9,436 nucleotides of DNA from Candidatus Auribacterota bacterium (GTDB lineage Bacteria; Auribacterota; UBA6266): positions 1 through 9,436 of the forward strand of contig JAGLRQ010000067.1 in NCBI GenBank assembly GCA_023136205.1, in the 5' to 3' direction. Within the stretch, counting starts at the first letter, position 1; each line of letters opens with the position of its first letter. The position numbers and the translations under genes are program-made. Positions 1 to 7,217 of this stretch are shown one piece after another. The notes beneath the pieces were generated by a model. The model ran no database searches, was not told the origin of the DNA, and saw nothing but the letters and a program-made list of their open reading frames with translations.

Positions 1-81
1 ATTAATAGATAGTACTTTAGAGGTAATCTTTTCCAGGGTTTCTTTTTCGTTATAAACGGGCATTACAATTGAAATCTTCAT
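1..81 (-). CDS. Glycosyltransferase family 2, N-terminal fragment (gene continues beyond the window's left edge)
   Basis: The reverse complement of 1-81 reads ATG AAG ATT TCA ATT GTA ATG CCC GTT TAT AAC GAA..., giving MKISIVMPVYNEKETLEKITSKVLSIN. The IVMPVYNE start is the typical GT2 N-terminus. The ATG (79-81) directly follows the ispA stop (82-84). It is absent from the ORF track because it is truncated. Confidence 0.6.
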   Translation of the reverse strand, partial: MKISIVMPVYNEKETLEKITSKVLSIN

Positions 82-954
82 TTATGATGTCCTTTTGCTA
101 ATAAAATTTGCAATTTCTGTAAGGATTTTTCCTTTTCTGCCATAGCTTGAGGCAATTTTTGCGGCTTCTCTTGAATATTTTTTAGCTATATGAATTGATT
201 TTTCCAACCCATGTAATCCGGGGTACGTATTTTTACCGGCACTTAAATCTTTTCTTAACTTTTTACCCGCTTTTTTTTCATCTCCTTTTACATCCAGGAT
301 GTCGTCTGTTATTTGAAAGGCCATGCCCAGGTTAATTCCGTATTTTCGCATATTTTCCACATCTTTGAGATTGGCACCGGCAGAAAGAGCTCCTATCTCG
401 GCAGAACATGAAATAAGGGCGGCGGTTTTATTTTTGTGGATATAATTGAGTGTTTTAGAGGATATTTTTTTTCCTTCAGAAAGAATATCCATTACCTGGC
501 CGCCGATTAGTCCTGTTGTTGAGGAGTTGTTATACAGACAAATTGCAATTTTCTCAAAATTCTTGTGGTTTGCCGAGATTATGGTTTGAAGAGAATATGT
601 AAGAAGCGCGTCTCCCGCGAGGATTGCGATTGCTTCTCCAAAGGCTTTATGGCAGGCTGGTTTTCCCCTGCGGGTATCATCGTTGTCCATAGCGGGCAGG
701 TCATCATGTATAAGTGAATATGTGTGTATCATTTCAATAGCGCAGGCGTAAGCAATGACATCTTTTTCTTTTCCTCCGAGGGCTTCGCATGAAGCTATTG
801 CCAGAATGGGCCTTATCCTTTTTCCGCCCGGGAAGATGCTATATCTCATAGCTCTGTGTATTTCATACGGATATTTTGTTGGGCGGGGCAGAATGTCGGA
901 AAGCTTCCGGTTAATGCCTTTACGTTTCTTCTGTAAGTAAGATTTGAGATTCAT
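82..954 (-). CDS. ispA: Polyprenyl diphosphate synthase (farnesyl/geranylgeranyl diphosphate synthase, IspA family)
   Basis: 290-aa ORF with both aspartate-rich motifs of trans-prenyltransferases: LIHDDLPAMDNDDTRRG (first DDxxD-type motif) and FQITDDILD (second). GKRIRP is present near the N-terminus. Confidence 0.9.
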   Translation of the reverse strand: MNLKSYLQKKRKGINRKLSDILPRPTKYPYEIHRAMRYSIFPGGKRIRPILAIASCEALGGKEKDVIAYACAIEMIHTYSLIHDDLPAMDNDDTRRGKPACHKAFGEAIAILAGDALLTYSLQTIISANHKNFEKIAICLYNNSSTTGLIGGQVMDILSEGKKISSKTLNYIHKNKTAALISCSAEIGALSAGANLKDVENMRKYGINLGMAFQITDDILDVKGDEKKAGKKLRKDLSAGKNTYPGLHGLEKSIHIAKKYSREAAKIASSYGRKGKILTEIANFISKRTS

Positions 955-960
955 GGTAAT

Positions 961-989
961 ATGATATTGAAATTTTAAGTGAAATGCAA
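961..989 (-). promoter_or_regulatory. Candidate sigma70-type promoter for ispA, positioned for a leaderless transcript
   Basis: On the minus strand: TTGCAT (984-989), 17 nt, TATCAT (961-966), then 6 nt (attacc), then the ATG at 954. No Shine-Dalgarno-like purine run lies between the -10 and the ATG. Confidence 0.3.
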
Positions 990-1003
990 AATTAAATATT
1001 TGC

Positions 1004-1033
1004 TTGATAGCTAAAGGCTCAAAATATTATACT
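1004..1033 (+). promoter_or_regulatory. Candidate promoter for the DUF2752/DUF4190/DUF4013 operon
   Basis: TTGATA (1004-1009) with either TATTAT (1025-1030, 15-nt spacer) or TATACT (1028-1033, 18-nt spacer). The background is AT-rich, so chance matches are likely. Confidence 0.25.
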
Positions 1034-1076
1034 TTTACCCGGATTTTACGTTTTGCATCTTATAAGGTTAAATACT

Positions 1077-1520
1077 ATGAAAACTGTTAAGACAGGAGTT
1101 AAAAGCGAGGTCAGAATAATAAGTTTTGGTATTGTTTGTTGTCTCTTTTTTGTTTATATGGTGTCCTTTATTGTTTCTCCTTCGCCTGAAGGTATCGGAA
1201 CACATGTAAAGTTTTTCCTTCCCCCTTGTGCTTTATACAAATTAACAGGTTTGCCATGTCCATTTTGCGGAGCGACAACATCTTTTTCTTTACTGGCAAA
1301 AGGGGAATTTTTAAAAGGGTTTAAGGCCAATCCATTTGCGGCTCTCATTTTTACGTCGGGGATTCTGGTTTTTGTTTATTCTTTGGTTTGTCTGGCTGCC
1401 GGAAAGGTTTTTAAACTGGATGGCATAATAAGTTTGATTAAAAGAGGGAAGTGGTTTATAATTTCAGCACTCTGTATCTCATGGGTATATAAGGTGTTGG
1501 TTATGATGAGGATTTTTTAA
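1077..1520 (+). CDS. DUF2752-family integral membrane protein
   Basis: The motif CALYKLTGLPCPFCGATTSF...ANPFA matches the CP-x-CG-x-T signature of DUF2752, followed by hydrophobic helices. The ORF track starts at TTG 1053; I prefer ATG 1077 (MKTVKTG...), which has aagg about 10 nt upstream. Confidence 0.8.
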   Translation: MKTVKTGVKSEVRIISFGIVCCLFFVYMVSFIVSPSPEGIGTHVKFFLPPCALYKLTGLPCPFCGATTSFSLLAKGEFLKGFKANPFAALIFTSGILVFVYSLVCLAAGKVFKLDGIISLIKRGKWFIISALCISWVYKVLVMMRIF

Positions 1521-1531
1521 AGGGGATTATT

Positions 1532-1849
1532 ATGGTTGAAGACGCTGGAAAAACGGAAGTTGTTGTTACCCGGGAAGAAAAGGCTAGTGGTACAGCAATA
1601 ACAGTGCTGGTTCTGGGTATCATTTCTTTGGTTTGCTGTGCGCCGCTGGGAATTGCAGCATGGATATTGGGAGCAACAGAGCTTTCTGATATCAAAAAAG
1701 GGAAAGCTCCGAAAGCTGGCGAGGGAATAGCTAAAGCTGGAATGATTATTGGTATTATAATTACCGTTTTAATGGTTTTGGCAACAATATTGGGAATGAT
1801 AGTGTGGATTGTATTAATTGGCATTGGGAATATTTGTCGGTATGGCTGA
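1532..1849 (+). CDS. DUF4190-like small membrane protein (two TM helices)
   Basis: LGIISLVCCAPLGIAAWILGATELSDIKKGKAP...GEGIAKAGMIIGII resembles the DUF4190/CD225-like pattern. The RBS-like aggggA lies 6-11 nt upstream, and the gene starts 11 nt after the DUF2752 stop. Confidence 0.75.
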   Translation: MVEDAGKTEVVVTREEKASGTAITVLVLGIISLVCCAPLGIAAWILGATELSDIKKGKAPKAGEGIAKAGMIIGIIITVLMVLATILGMIVWIVLIGIGNICRYG

Positions 1850-1880
1850 TTCTGAGGCTAGCTATTAAAGGAGGTAGGAA

Positions 1881-2522
1881 ATGCGTTTTAACATTGAACA
1901 AGCGTTTAAGTATCCTTTTAAGGACGAGAAATGGGTAGTCAAAATTCTACTTCTGGGAATCATTATGTTTATTCCCATTGTTAACATTCTCGCGGCGGGG
2001 TATCTCTTGAGGTTTATTAAAAGTTCTGTAGCTGAGCATAAGGGTGGAGCTGAAGCCAAACTGCCGGAATGGGAAGATTGGGGTAATCTTTTCCAGGAAG
2101 GGATTTATCCATGGATTATAGCGTTGGTTTATACAGTTGTTTTCTTTATGGCGGCTACTGTTATTGGATGGATGCCATGTATAGGAACAGTGGTGAGTGT
2201 CCTGCTTTCGTTAGTACTCGGTCCTGTCGTTTTTATAGCACTGGTCAGGTATTGTAAGGATTCAAAGATTGAAGACGCTTTTAAGGTTGTAGACATCTTT
2301 AATGAATTTAAAACCAAAGCATTAGATTATATCCTTGCTTCTTTGATAGGAAGTGTAGTTTGTTCTCTTGGTATTTTAGCTTGCTGTGTTGGGATAATAT
2401 TCACCGCGCCTTTTGGTAAAGTTGTAGCAATAAGAATGCTTTCCGATGTATATGCGTGTGTCCCTGAAGAAAAACAGGTTGAACAAAAACCGGAGGAAAA
2501 ATCAGAAGAAAATAGAGAATAA
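1881..2522 (+). CDS. DUF4013-family membrane protein
   Basis: The N-terminus FKYPFKDEKWVVKILLLG...NILAAGYLLRFIKSS...LPEWEDWGNLFQEG is the characteristic DUF4013 opening. It has multiple TM helices and an acidic, Lys/Glu-rich C-terminal tail. A strong RBS, AAGGAGG, lies at 1869-1875. Confidence 0.8.
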   Translation: MRFNIEQAFKYPFKDEKWVVKILLLGIIMFIPIVNILAAGYLLRFIKSSVAEHKGGAEAKLPEWEDWGNLFQEGIYPWIIALVYTVVFFMAATVIGWMPCIGTVVSVLLSLVLGPVVFIALVRYCKDSKIEDAFKVVDIFNEFKTKALDYILASLIGSVVCSLGILACCVGIIFTAPFGKVVAIRMLSDVYACVPEEKQVEQKPEEKSEENRE

Positions 2523-2540
2523 ACAATTAAAATAAAAGAT

Positions 2541-2576
2541 AGGTGAGGGAAGATTAACTCTTCTCTCACCTTTTTA
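2541..2576. terminator. Bidirectional Rho-independent terminator between convergent genes
   Basis: The hairpin AGGTGAGGGAAGA / TCTTCTCTCACCT (13-bp stem, one mismatch, loop ttaac; 2541-2571) is followed by TTTTT on the plus strand. The A-run preceding it (aaataaaag) gives a U-tract on the minus-strand transcript. Confidence 0.7.
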
Positions 2577-2858
2577 TTGTTTACCTTTATGATCTTTTTT
2601 TACATCGGATCCCTTTGAAGGGCAGGCCCGGCATGGGCTTTTTTCGATTGGTTTCTTTTCTGGAGGGTTGCTTTTTTTGTAGTCATTCGCGTAAAATCCG
2701 GAGCCTTTGAAAATAATGCCTGAACCTCCTCCTATGAGTCTTTTTACGGAGTTTTTCAAACCGCATTTTGGGCAGTCTGTAATAGGAGAGTCAGTTATTC
2801 TTTGAAAAGCTTCAAATGTGTGTTGGCATTTTTTACAAATATAATCATAAGTTGGCAT
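2574..2858 (-). CDS. FmdB-family zinc-ribbon protein (CxxC-CxxC putative regulatory protein)
   Basis: MPTYDYICKKCQHTFEAFQRITDSPITDCPKCG is the canonical FmdB/CxxC_CxxC_SSSS N-terminus. The RBS GGAGGT is the reverse complement of 2871-2876. Confidence 0.85.
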   Translation of the reverse strand: MPTYDYICKKCQHTFEAFQRITDSPITDCPKCGLKNSVKRLIGGGSGIIFKGSGFYANDYKKSNPPEKKPIEKSPCRACPSKGSDVKKDHKGKQ

Positions 2859-2928
2859 TTTTTTCTGTACCTCCGGTGAATAGTTTCTGAAAAATGAGCT
2901 TTAAAGTCAAGCTATAAGTGTTTATTAG

Positions 2929-2963
2929 TTGTCCCTTGACAAATAAATCATTTATAATATATT
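2929..2963 (+). promoter_or_regulatory. Candidate promoter(s) for the 3012-9002 operon, overlapping a short palindrome
   Basis: Two readings are possible: TTGACA (2936-2941), 16 nt, TATATT (2958-2963); or TTGTCC (2929-2934), 18 nt, TATAAT (2953-2958). The -35 area lies inside the palindrome TTGTC-cctt-GACAA (2929-2942). Confidence 0.4.
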
Positions 2964-3011
2964 AACTCTTATTTGCTCAGGATTATTTATATTTAAGAAT
3001 AAGGAGTTTTT

Positions 3012-3974
3012 ATGATTGTTTGTAAAAAATGCGGCTATGAGAATCCTATGGAGAGGAGATATTGCGCAAATTGTTCAGCACGATTGAATTTTAACAAAAC
3101 TCATTCTGATTTTAAAAGGGAAGAAAATTCACCTAAGAGGTCATTCTTAAGATTTTTTAAATTGTTGTTTAAATGGGGGGTTCCGTGTGTAGCTGTAACA
3201 TCCATAGTGTTGCTTTTGATGGTTCCTCGGGTGAAAGTTGTAGAAGAAAGCTATATGTCCAAAAAGAGTTTGGATGGAAAATATGCCCATCTTCGGGAAG
3301 CTTTTGGCCGGGGTGAAAAACGCTCGGTTTCTGTTACAGGTAAAGAATTGACATCTCAAATACACTATTCGAGTATAGAAAATGCTGTCCATAAACCGCG
3401 AAAAGACAATAGCTTTATATCTAAGTTGGACATTAAAATTGAAAAAATGTTTTGCGATATTGATGCCGGTGTTTTGAAGGCAACAGTTGTCTATTCAATT
3501 AAAAATAAAAAAATAATAATGCAGGTGGGAATAGTCCCGTCCGTGAAAGATGGCAAAATTGCTGTTGATGTTAAGAATGCTTCTGTCGGGAAACTTCGAC
3601 TTTCGTCCATGGTCATTAATGAAGTGTTGAAAAAGGTTTCAAATTCGGCGAAATATTCGGGTTATTTTAAACTGCCGTATTATATTAAGGACATTACAGT
3701 GGAAAATAAGGTTTTAATACTATCATCGACAAAACCAGGCCCATCCGAAAAAAGTGAGGTTCCGGGAAAAGCAGATGATGGAGAAACGAAACAGTCGGAT
3801 AAGAGAGCCTTGATTTTTGAAGCCAATGCAGCTTTTAGAGAAGAAGACTACGAAAAAGCTATTAAATTATATAAAACTTTTCTTGAAAAATACCATGATG
3901 ATATGAGTGCGGATAAGGTTGAGAGTTTGCTTGAAAAGGCAATGATTAGGGCTGCCGAGGATCTTTTTTGGTGA
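3012..3974 (+). CDS. Zinc-ribbon domain membrane protein with an extracytoplasmic domain and a TPR-like C-terminus (function unknown)
   Basis: The N-terminal CKKCGYENPMERRYCANCSARL is a double CxxC zinc ribbon. A hydrophobic segment (WGVPCVAVTSIVLLLMV) is followed by a region that looks beta-rich (by eye), and the C-terminus has a TPR-like helix pair (AFREEDYEKAIKLYKTFLEKY). The RBS AAGGAG lies at 3001-3006. Confidence 0.7.
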   Translation: MIVCKKCGYENPMERRYCANCSARLNFNKTHSDFKREENSPKRSFLRFFKLLFKWGVPCVAVTSIVLLLMVPRVKVVEESYMSKKSLDGKYAHLREAFGRGEKRSVSVTGKELTSQIHYSSIENAVHKPRKDNSFISKLDIKIEKMFCDIDAGVLKATVVYSIKNKKIIMQVGIVPSVKDGKIAVDVKNASVGKLRLSSMVINEVLKKVSNSAKYSGYFKLPYYIKDITVENKVLILSSTKPGPSEKSEVPGKADDGETKQSDKRALIFEANAAFREEDYEKAIKLYKTFLEKYHDDMSADKVESLLEKAMIRAAEDLFW

Positions 3975-4414
3975 AAATAGTTGTGCAGAGAGTTAAAGAA
4001 GCTTCAGTTCTCGTTGAAAAAAAGATAGTTTCGTCAATTGGCAAAGGAATGGTTTTTCTTGTTGGGGTTGAAAAAAATGATTCCGTTGAAGATGGGGAAA
4101 TTCTTGCCCGCAAGGTTTCGGGATTGAGAATTTTTGAAGATTCTACCGCAAAAATGAATCTTTCAATTTTGGATGTGCAGGGTGAAATACTGGCGGTTTC
4201 TCAGTTTACCCTATGTTCTGACTGTAAAAAGGGACGCCGTCCCGGATTTGATAATGCGATGGATCCCGAAGGAGCAAAAAAACTTTTTGATCATTTTGTT
4301 GAGTGTATTAAAAAATATGGGATTGTGGTGAATACCGGTATTTTTCAGGCGTATATGGTTGTAAATATTGTCAATGATGGCCCGGTAACATTTATCATGG
4401 ATTCAGGAAAATGA
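3971..4414 (+). CDS. dtd: D-aminoacyl-tRNA deacylase
   Basis: (M)KIVVQRVKEASV..., SQFTLCSDCKKGRRPGF and NDGPVTF are hallmark Dtd motifs, and the length (about 147 aa) is right. The GTG start at 3971 overlaps the upstream TGA (GTGA). The ORF track begins one codon earlier at TTG 3968. Confidence 0.93.
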   Translation: MKIVVQRVKEASVLVEKKIVSSIGKGMVFLVGVEKNDSVEDGEILARKVSGLRIFEDSTAKMNLSILDVQGEILAVSQFTLCSDCKKGRRPGFDNAMDPEGAKKLFDHFVECIKKYGIVVNTGIFQAYMVVNIVNDGPVTFIMDSGK

Positions 4415-5598
4415 AAATATTTGTTCATTTTATTGCGGCTGTTTTATTTTTCCTGGCAGTTGTTCCCTGTGAAGCGGTTGGCATTTTAGATGCATCCAGG
4501 AGATTTGAGGTTTTTGCGGATGACACTTTAAATGCAGCTGAAGTGGTATCGCAGCTGGGTAAAATCTTTGCCGAACTGGATAAACTTTACAAGCTGAACC
4601 CTTTTTTAGAGAAACCTGTGAGGGTAAGGTATGCTTATTCAGAAGACCGGTCAGAATTTGAGATGGTATATAAAGGGTATAGGATAACATTCTTTTCGGA
4701 CAATACCCCGTATGGCAATTCTATGGCTTTAGCAAAGTTGTGTTCTACAGTGTATTTTATGATAGCATCGAATCTTAAAGATTCAGTTTTTTGCTCAGGC
4801 ATAAATCCTTTTCCCTGTTGGGTATATGTGGGAGCGGCGAGAGATCTTGTTTTTAGAGAAAAGCATGGGCTCAGAAGAGATTTTCTAAAAATATATGATA
4901 GTGGAGATATTGATTTCCTTGCAATTCTTGTTGAAAAAAATCCTGCTTTAAAAATTAATGATGTAGCGGCGGGAGAACTGTTTAATTATATTAATTCGAC
5001 AAAGAAGGGGAGAGAGGTATTTCTTAACTATGTGTCCATTATTGCAAACGGTGGCAGCCTGGTTGGCGCTTATAATAATTCCCTTGGCATGATATATGGT
5101 TTACCTGAGAAAATGATAGAAGCATTTATTGAATTTTCCAGGGATAAAGTGGAACACTCGATATTTGAAATGAAATTCAGTGAAAAAGACAGCTTGAATC
5201 AATTACTTGAAATTATTTATACGGATCCTCGAAAACTGGGTTTTGAGGAAGATGGGTACCTTACTTTAAAACAGCTTTACTATGTATCCTGTGATAATAA
5301 GAAAATCAAAAGTATGATGGTCCATAAATCCGTTAAATTGAAAGGTTTTTTACTCAGGTGCCATGACAGGTATAAAGAGGTAGCTAATCAGTTTGATTTT
5401 GCTCTGAATGCGATGATTGCGGGAAACAAATATCTATTCGATAAAGAATTTTATAGAGCAAATAGATTGGCAAAAGAAGTTCTTGGTAAAAAATACCAGG
5501 TGAAAAATGCAAAGATAAAAATGAAATTTTCAGATGAGGCCGAAGATACCAGGAAAACCAGGAGCAAAATAAAAAGACGCAGGCCAAAAGAAAGATAG
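4411..5598 (+). CDS. Hypothetical secreted protein (signal peptide; no family recognised)
   Basis: 395-aa ORF whose ATG overlaps the dtd stop (ATGA). The N-terminus MKIFVHFIAAVLFFLAVVPCEA looks like a Sec signal peptide. The C-terminal tail is polybasic (KTRSKIKRRRPKER). No catalytic motif was recognised. Confidence 0.7.
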   Translation: MKIFVHFIAAVLFFLAVVPCEAVGILDASRRFEVFADDTLNAAEVVSQLGKIFAELDKLYKLNPFLEKPVRVRYAYSEDRSEFEMVYKGYRITFFSDNTPYGNSMALAKLCSTVYFMIASNLKDSVFCSGINPFPCWVYVGAARDLVFREKHGLRRDFLKIYDSGDIDFLAILVEKNPALKINDVAAGELFNYINSTKKGREVFLNYVSIIANGGSLVGAYNNSLGMIYGLPEKMIEAFIEFSRDKVEHSIFEMKFSEKDSLNQLLEIIYTDPRKLGFEEDGYLTLKQLYYVSCDNKKIKSMMVHKSVKLKGFLLRCHDRYKEVANQFDFALNAMIAGNKYLFDKEFYRANRLAKEVLGKKYQVKNAKIKMKFSDEAEDTRKTRSKIKRRRPKER

Positions 5599-5599
5599 G

Positions 5600-6400
5600 A
5601 TGGTTGTGATGATATATTTTTGTATGTTGTTAGGTGTGGCTGCTTTTGTGGGGTTTTCCCTTAGGTTTAACTGGTGGAGGATTGCCCGCGAAGGTGTTCC
5701 TGTTCTTATGTACCACAGTATAGATAATTCTGCCGCAGAAAAAGAAAAGTTAGAAGTGACTCTCAAAGATTTCGAAAAGCAGCTTAAATATCTTAGCAGT
5801 AAAGGGTATAAGAGCATTACACTGCGGGACCTTAAACAGTATGTTGAGGGCAAGAAAATTTTTGAATACAAACCTGTTGTCATAACATTTGATGATGGGT
5901 ACAGAAATAACATTAAAAATGCCAGCCCTGTTCTTAGAAAGTATGGTTTTTCTGCCGTTTTTTTTATTGCCTCCGCGTATGTAGGCGGGAAGAGTTTGTG
6001 GGATGCCGCGGGGGAAGATGATGCAAAATCTATGATGGATTGGGGTGAGATAAAAACACTGGTTAAAGACGGGTTTGAAATAGCATCGCACACCGTTACA
6101 CATGCGGATTTGGTTAAAATTGATCAAGACTCTCTTTTAAAGGAACTTACCGAATCAAAGAAAATACTGGAGGATAAGTTAAATATTAAAATAAATGCTG
6201 TTTCTTATCCTTATGGACATTATAATAATGAGATTGTTAAAGCGGTAAAATTAGCGGGGTATGAAATGGGGATTGCGACATTGCATGGAATTAACAGGAA
6301 AGGTGAAAATCCCTTTGTAATAAAACGTGTTTTAATCCGCGGGTATGACCGCTGGCTTGATTTTCTTTTAAACATTACCAGAGGCAGAAGCCATATCTGA
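5600..6400 (+). CDS. Polysaccharide deacetylase family protein (CE4 / NodB homology domain), membrane-anchored
   Basis: N-terminal TM helix, then VLMYHSI, VVITFDDGYRNN (the metal-binding DD motif), ASHTVTHADL (the H-x4-H motif) and SYPYGHYN. The ATG lies 1 nt after the upstream stop. Confidence 0.88.
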   Translation: MVVMIYFCMLLGVAAFVGFSLRFNWWRIAREGVPVLMYHSIDNSAAEKEKLEVTLKDFEKQLKYLSSKGYKSITLRDLKQYVEGKKIFEYKPVVITFDDGYRNNIKNASPVLRKYGFSAVFFIASAYVGGKSLWDAAGEDDAKSMMDWGEIKTLVKDGFEIASHTVTHADLVKIDQDSLLKELTESKKILEDKLNIKINAVSYPYGHYNNEIVKAVKLAGYEMGIATLHGINRKGENPFVIKRVLIRGYDRWLDFLLNITRGRSHI

Positions 6401-6412
6401 AGGCAGGTTTTG

Positions 6413-7216
6413 ATGAAAACATTTGATAAGCTTCCCGTTTCAGCCACTGTGCTGACTTTTAATGAGGAGGAGAACATAAGGCTTTGCCTTGAATCTGTTT
6501 CCTGGGCCGATGAAATAACAATTATTGATTCCGGAAGTACGGATAAAACGCTTGATATCTGTAAACAGTATACCGATAAGATTTATCATAAGAAGTGGGC
6601 AGGTTTTGTGGAACAGAAGAATTTTGCAACTTCTAAAACTTCGAATGATTGGATATTTAATATTGATGCTGATGAGCGTGTGAATGCCGAGCTTAAATCA
6701 AGTATTTTTAAGGTTTTCCAAAATGAGGATTTAAATGCTTCTGCCTCGCCGGCAGGCGGGTATGCCGCGTATATGATCAATTTCAGATGCTGGTATTTAG
6801 GCAGATGGATTTATCATTGCGGCTGGTATCCCGATTATAAGCCGCGCCTGTTTAATAAAAGCAGGGCGGAATGGAAGGGTGAAGACCCTCATGCGATGGT
6901 GGTTCCCCGTGGAAAGACAAAAAAGATAAAAGGGGATATTTTACATTATGTATATAAGGATATTTCCGCGCAGATTAACACGATTCAAAATTATTCTGAT
7001 ACATCGCTTATGAACTTTCTTAAAAAGGGCAAGAAGTTCAGGTTGGTTAATATAATTTTTCATCCATGGATAAAATTTTTTGAAACCTATATTTATAAAA
7101 AAGGTTTTCTTGATGGTTTTGCGGGGTTTGTGATTTCTGTTAACAGTTCTTTTTATGTTTTATGTAAATGGGCGAAACTTTGGGAATCAACAAAAATAGA
7201 AAAGGGGATGGTATAA
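6413..7216 (+). CDS. Glycosyltransferase family 2 (KdtX/WaaE-like, LPS-core-type)
   Basis: VSATVLTFNEEENIRLCLESVSWADEITIIDSGSTDKT, W-GFVEQKNFA and WIFNIDADERV (the DxD region), plus a C-terminal GFLDGFAGF. The ORF track starts at TTG 6410; ATG 6413 is preferred. Confidence 0.88.
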   Translation: MKTFDKLPVSATVLTFNEEENIRLCLESVSWADEITIIDSGSTDKTLDICKQYTDKIYHKKWAGFVEQKNFATSKTSNDWIFNIDADERVNAELKSSIFKVFQNEDLNASASPAGGYAAYMINFRCWYLGRWIYHCGWYPDYKPRLFNKSRAEWKGEDPHAMVVPRGKTKKIKGDILHYVYKDISAQINTIQNYSDTSLMNFLKKGKKFRLVNIIFHPWIKFFETYIYKKGFLDGFAGFVISVNSSFYVLCKWAKLWESTKIEKGMV

Positions 7217-7217
7217 A

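Noticed and set aside
755-940. 61-aa plus-strand ORF inside ispA
   Set aside because: It is antisense to a confidently identified prenyltransferase, and nothing independent supports it.
1053-1076. TTG start at 1053 for the DUF2752 gene, as in the ORF track
   Set aside because: An in-frame ATG at 1077 with aagg upstream gives a more typical N-terminus. The extra 8 residues (MHLIRLNT) add nothing recognisable. This is uncertain and makes only a minor coordinate difference.
1501-1824. 107-aa minus-strand ORF (Ile/Pro-rich) opposite the DUF4190-like gene
   Set aside because: It is antisense to a gene with a recognisable family signature and RBS. Its composition mirrors the Gly/Ile-rich sense strand, so it is a shadow ORF.
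5530-6093. 187-aa ORF on the minus strand spanning the junction of the secreted-protein and deacetylase genes
   Set aside because: It is entirely antisense to two well-supported plus-strand genes. The translation is Ser/Phe/Leu-rich and low-complexity, with no motif and no RBS, which is the typical shadow ORF of AT-rich coding sequence.
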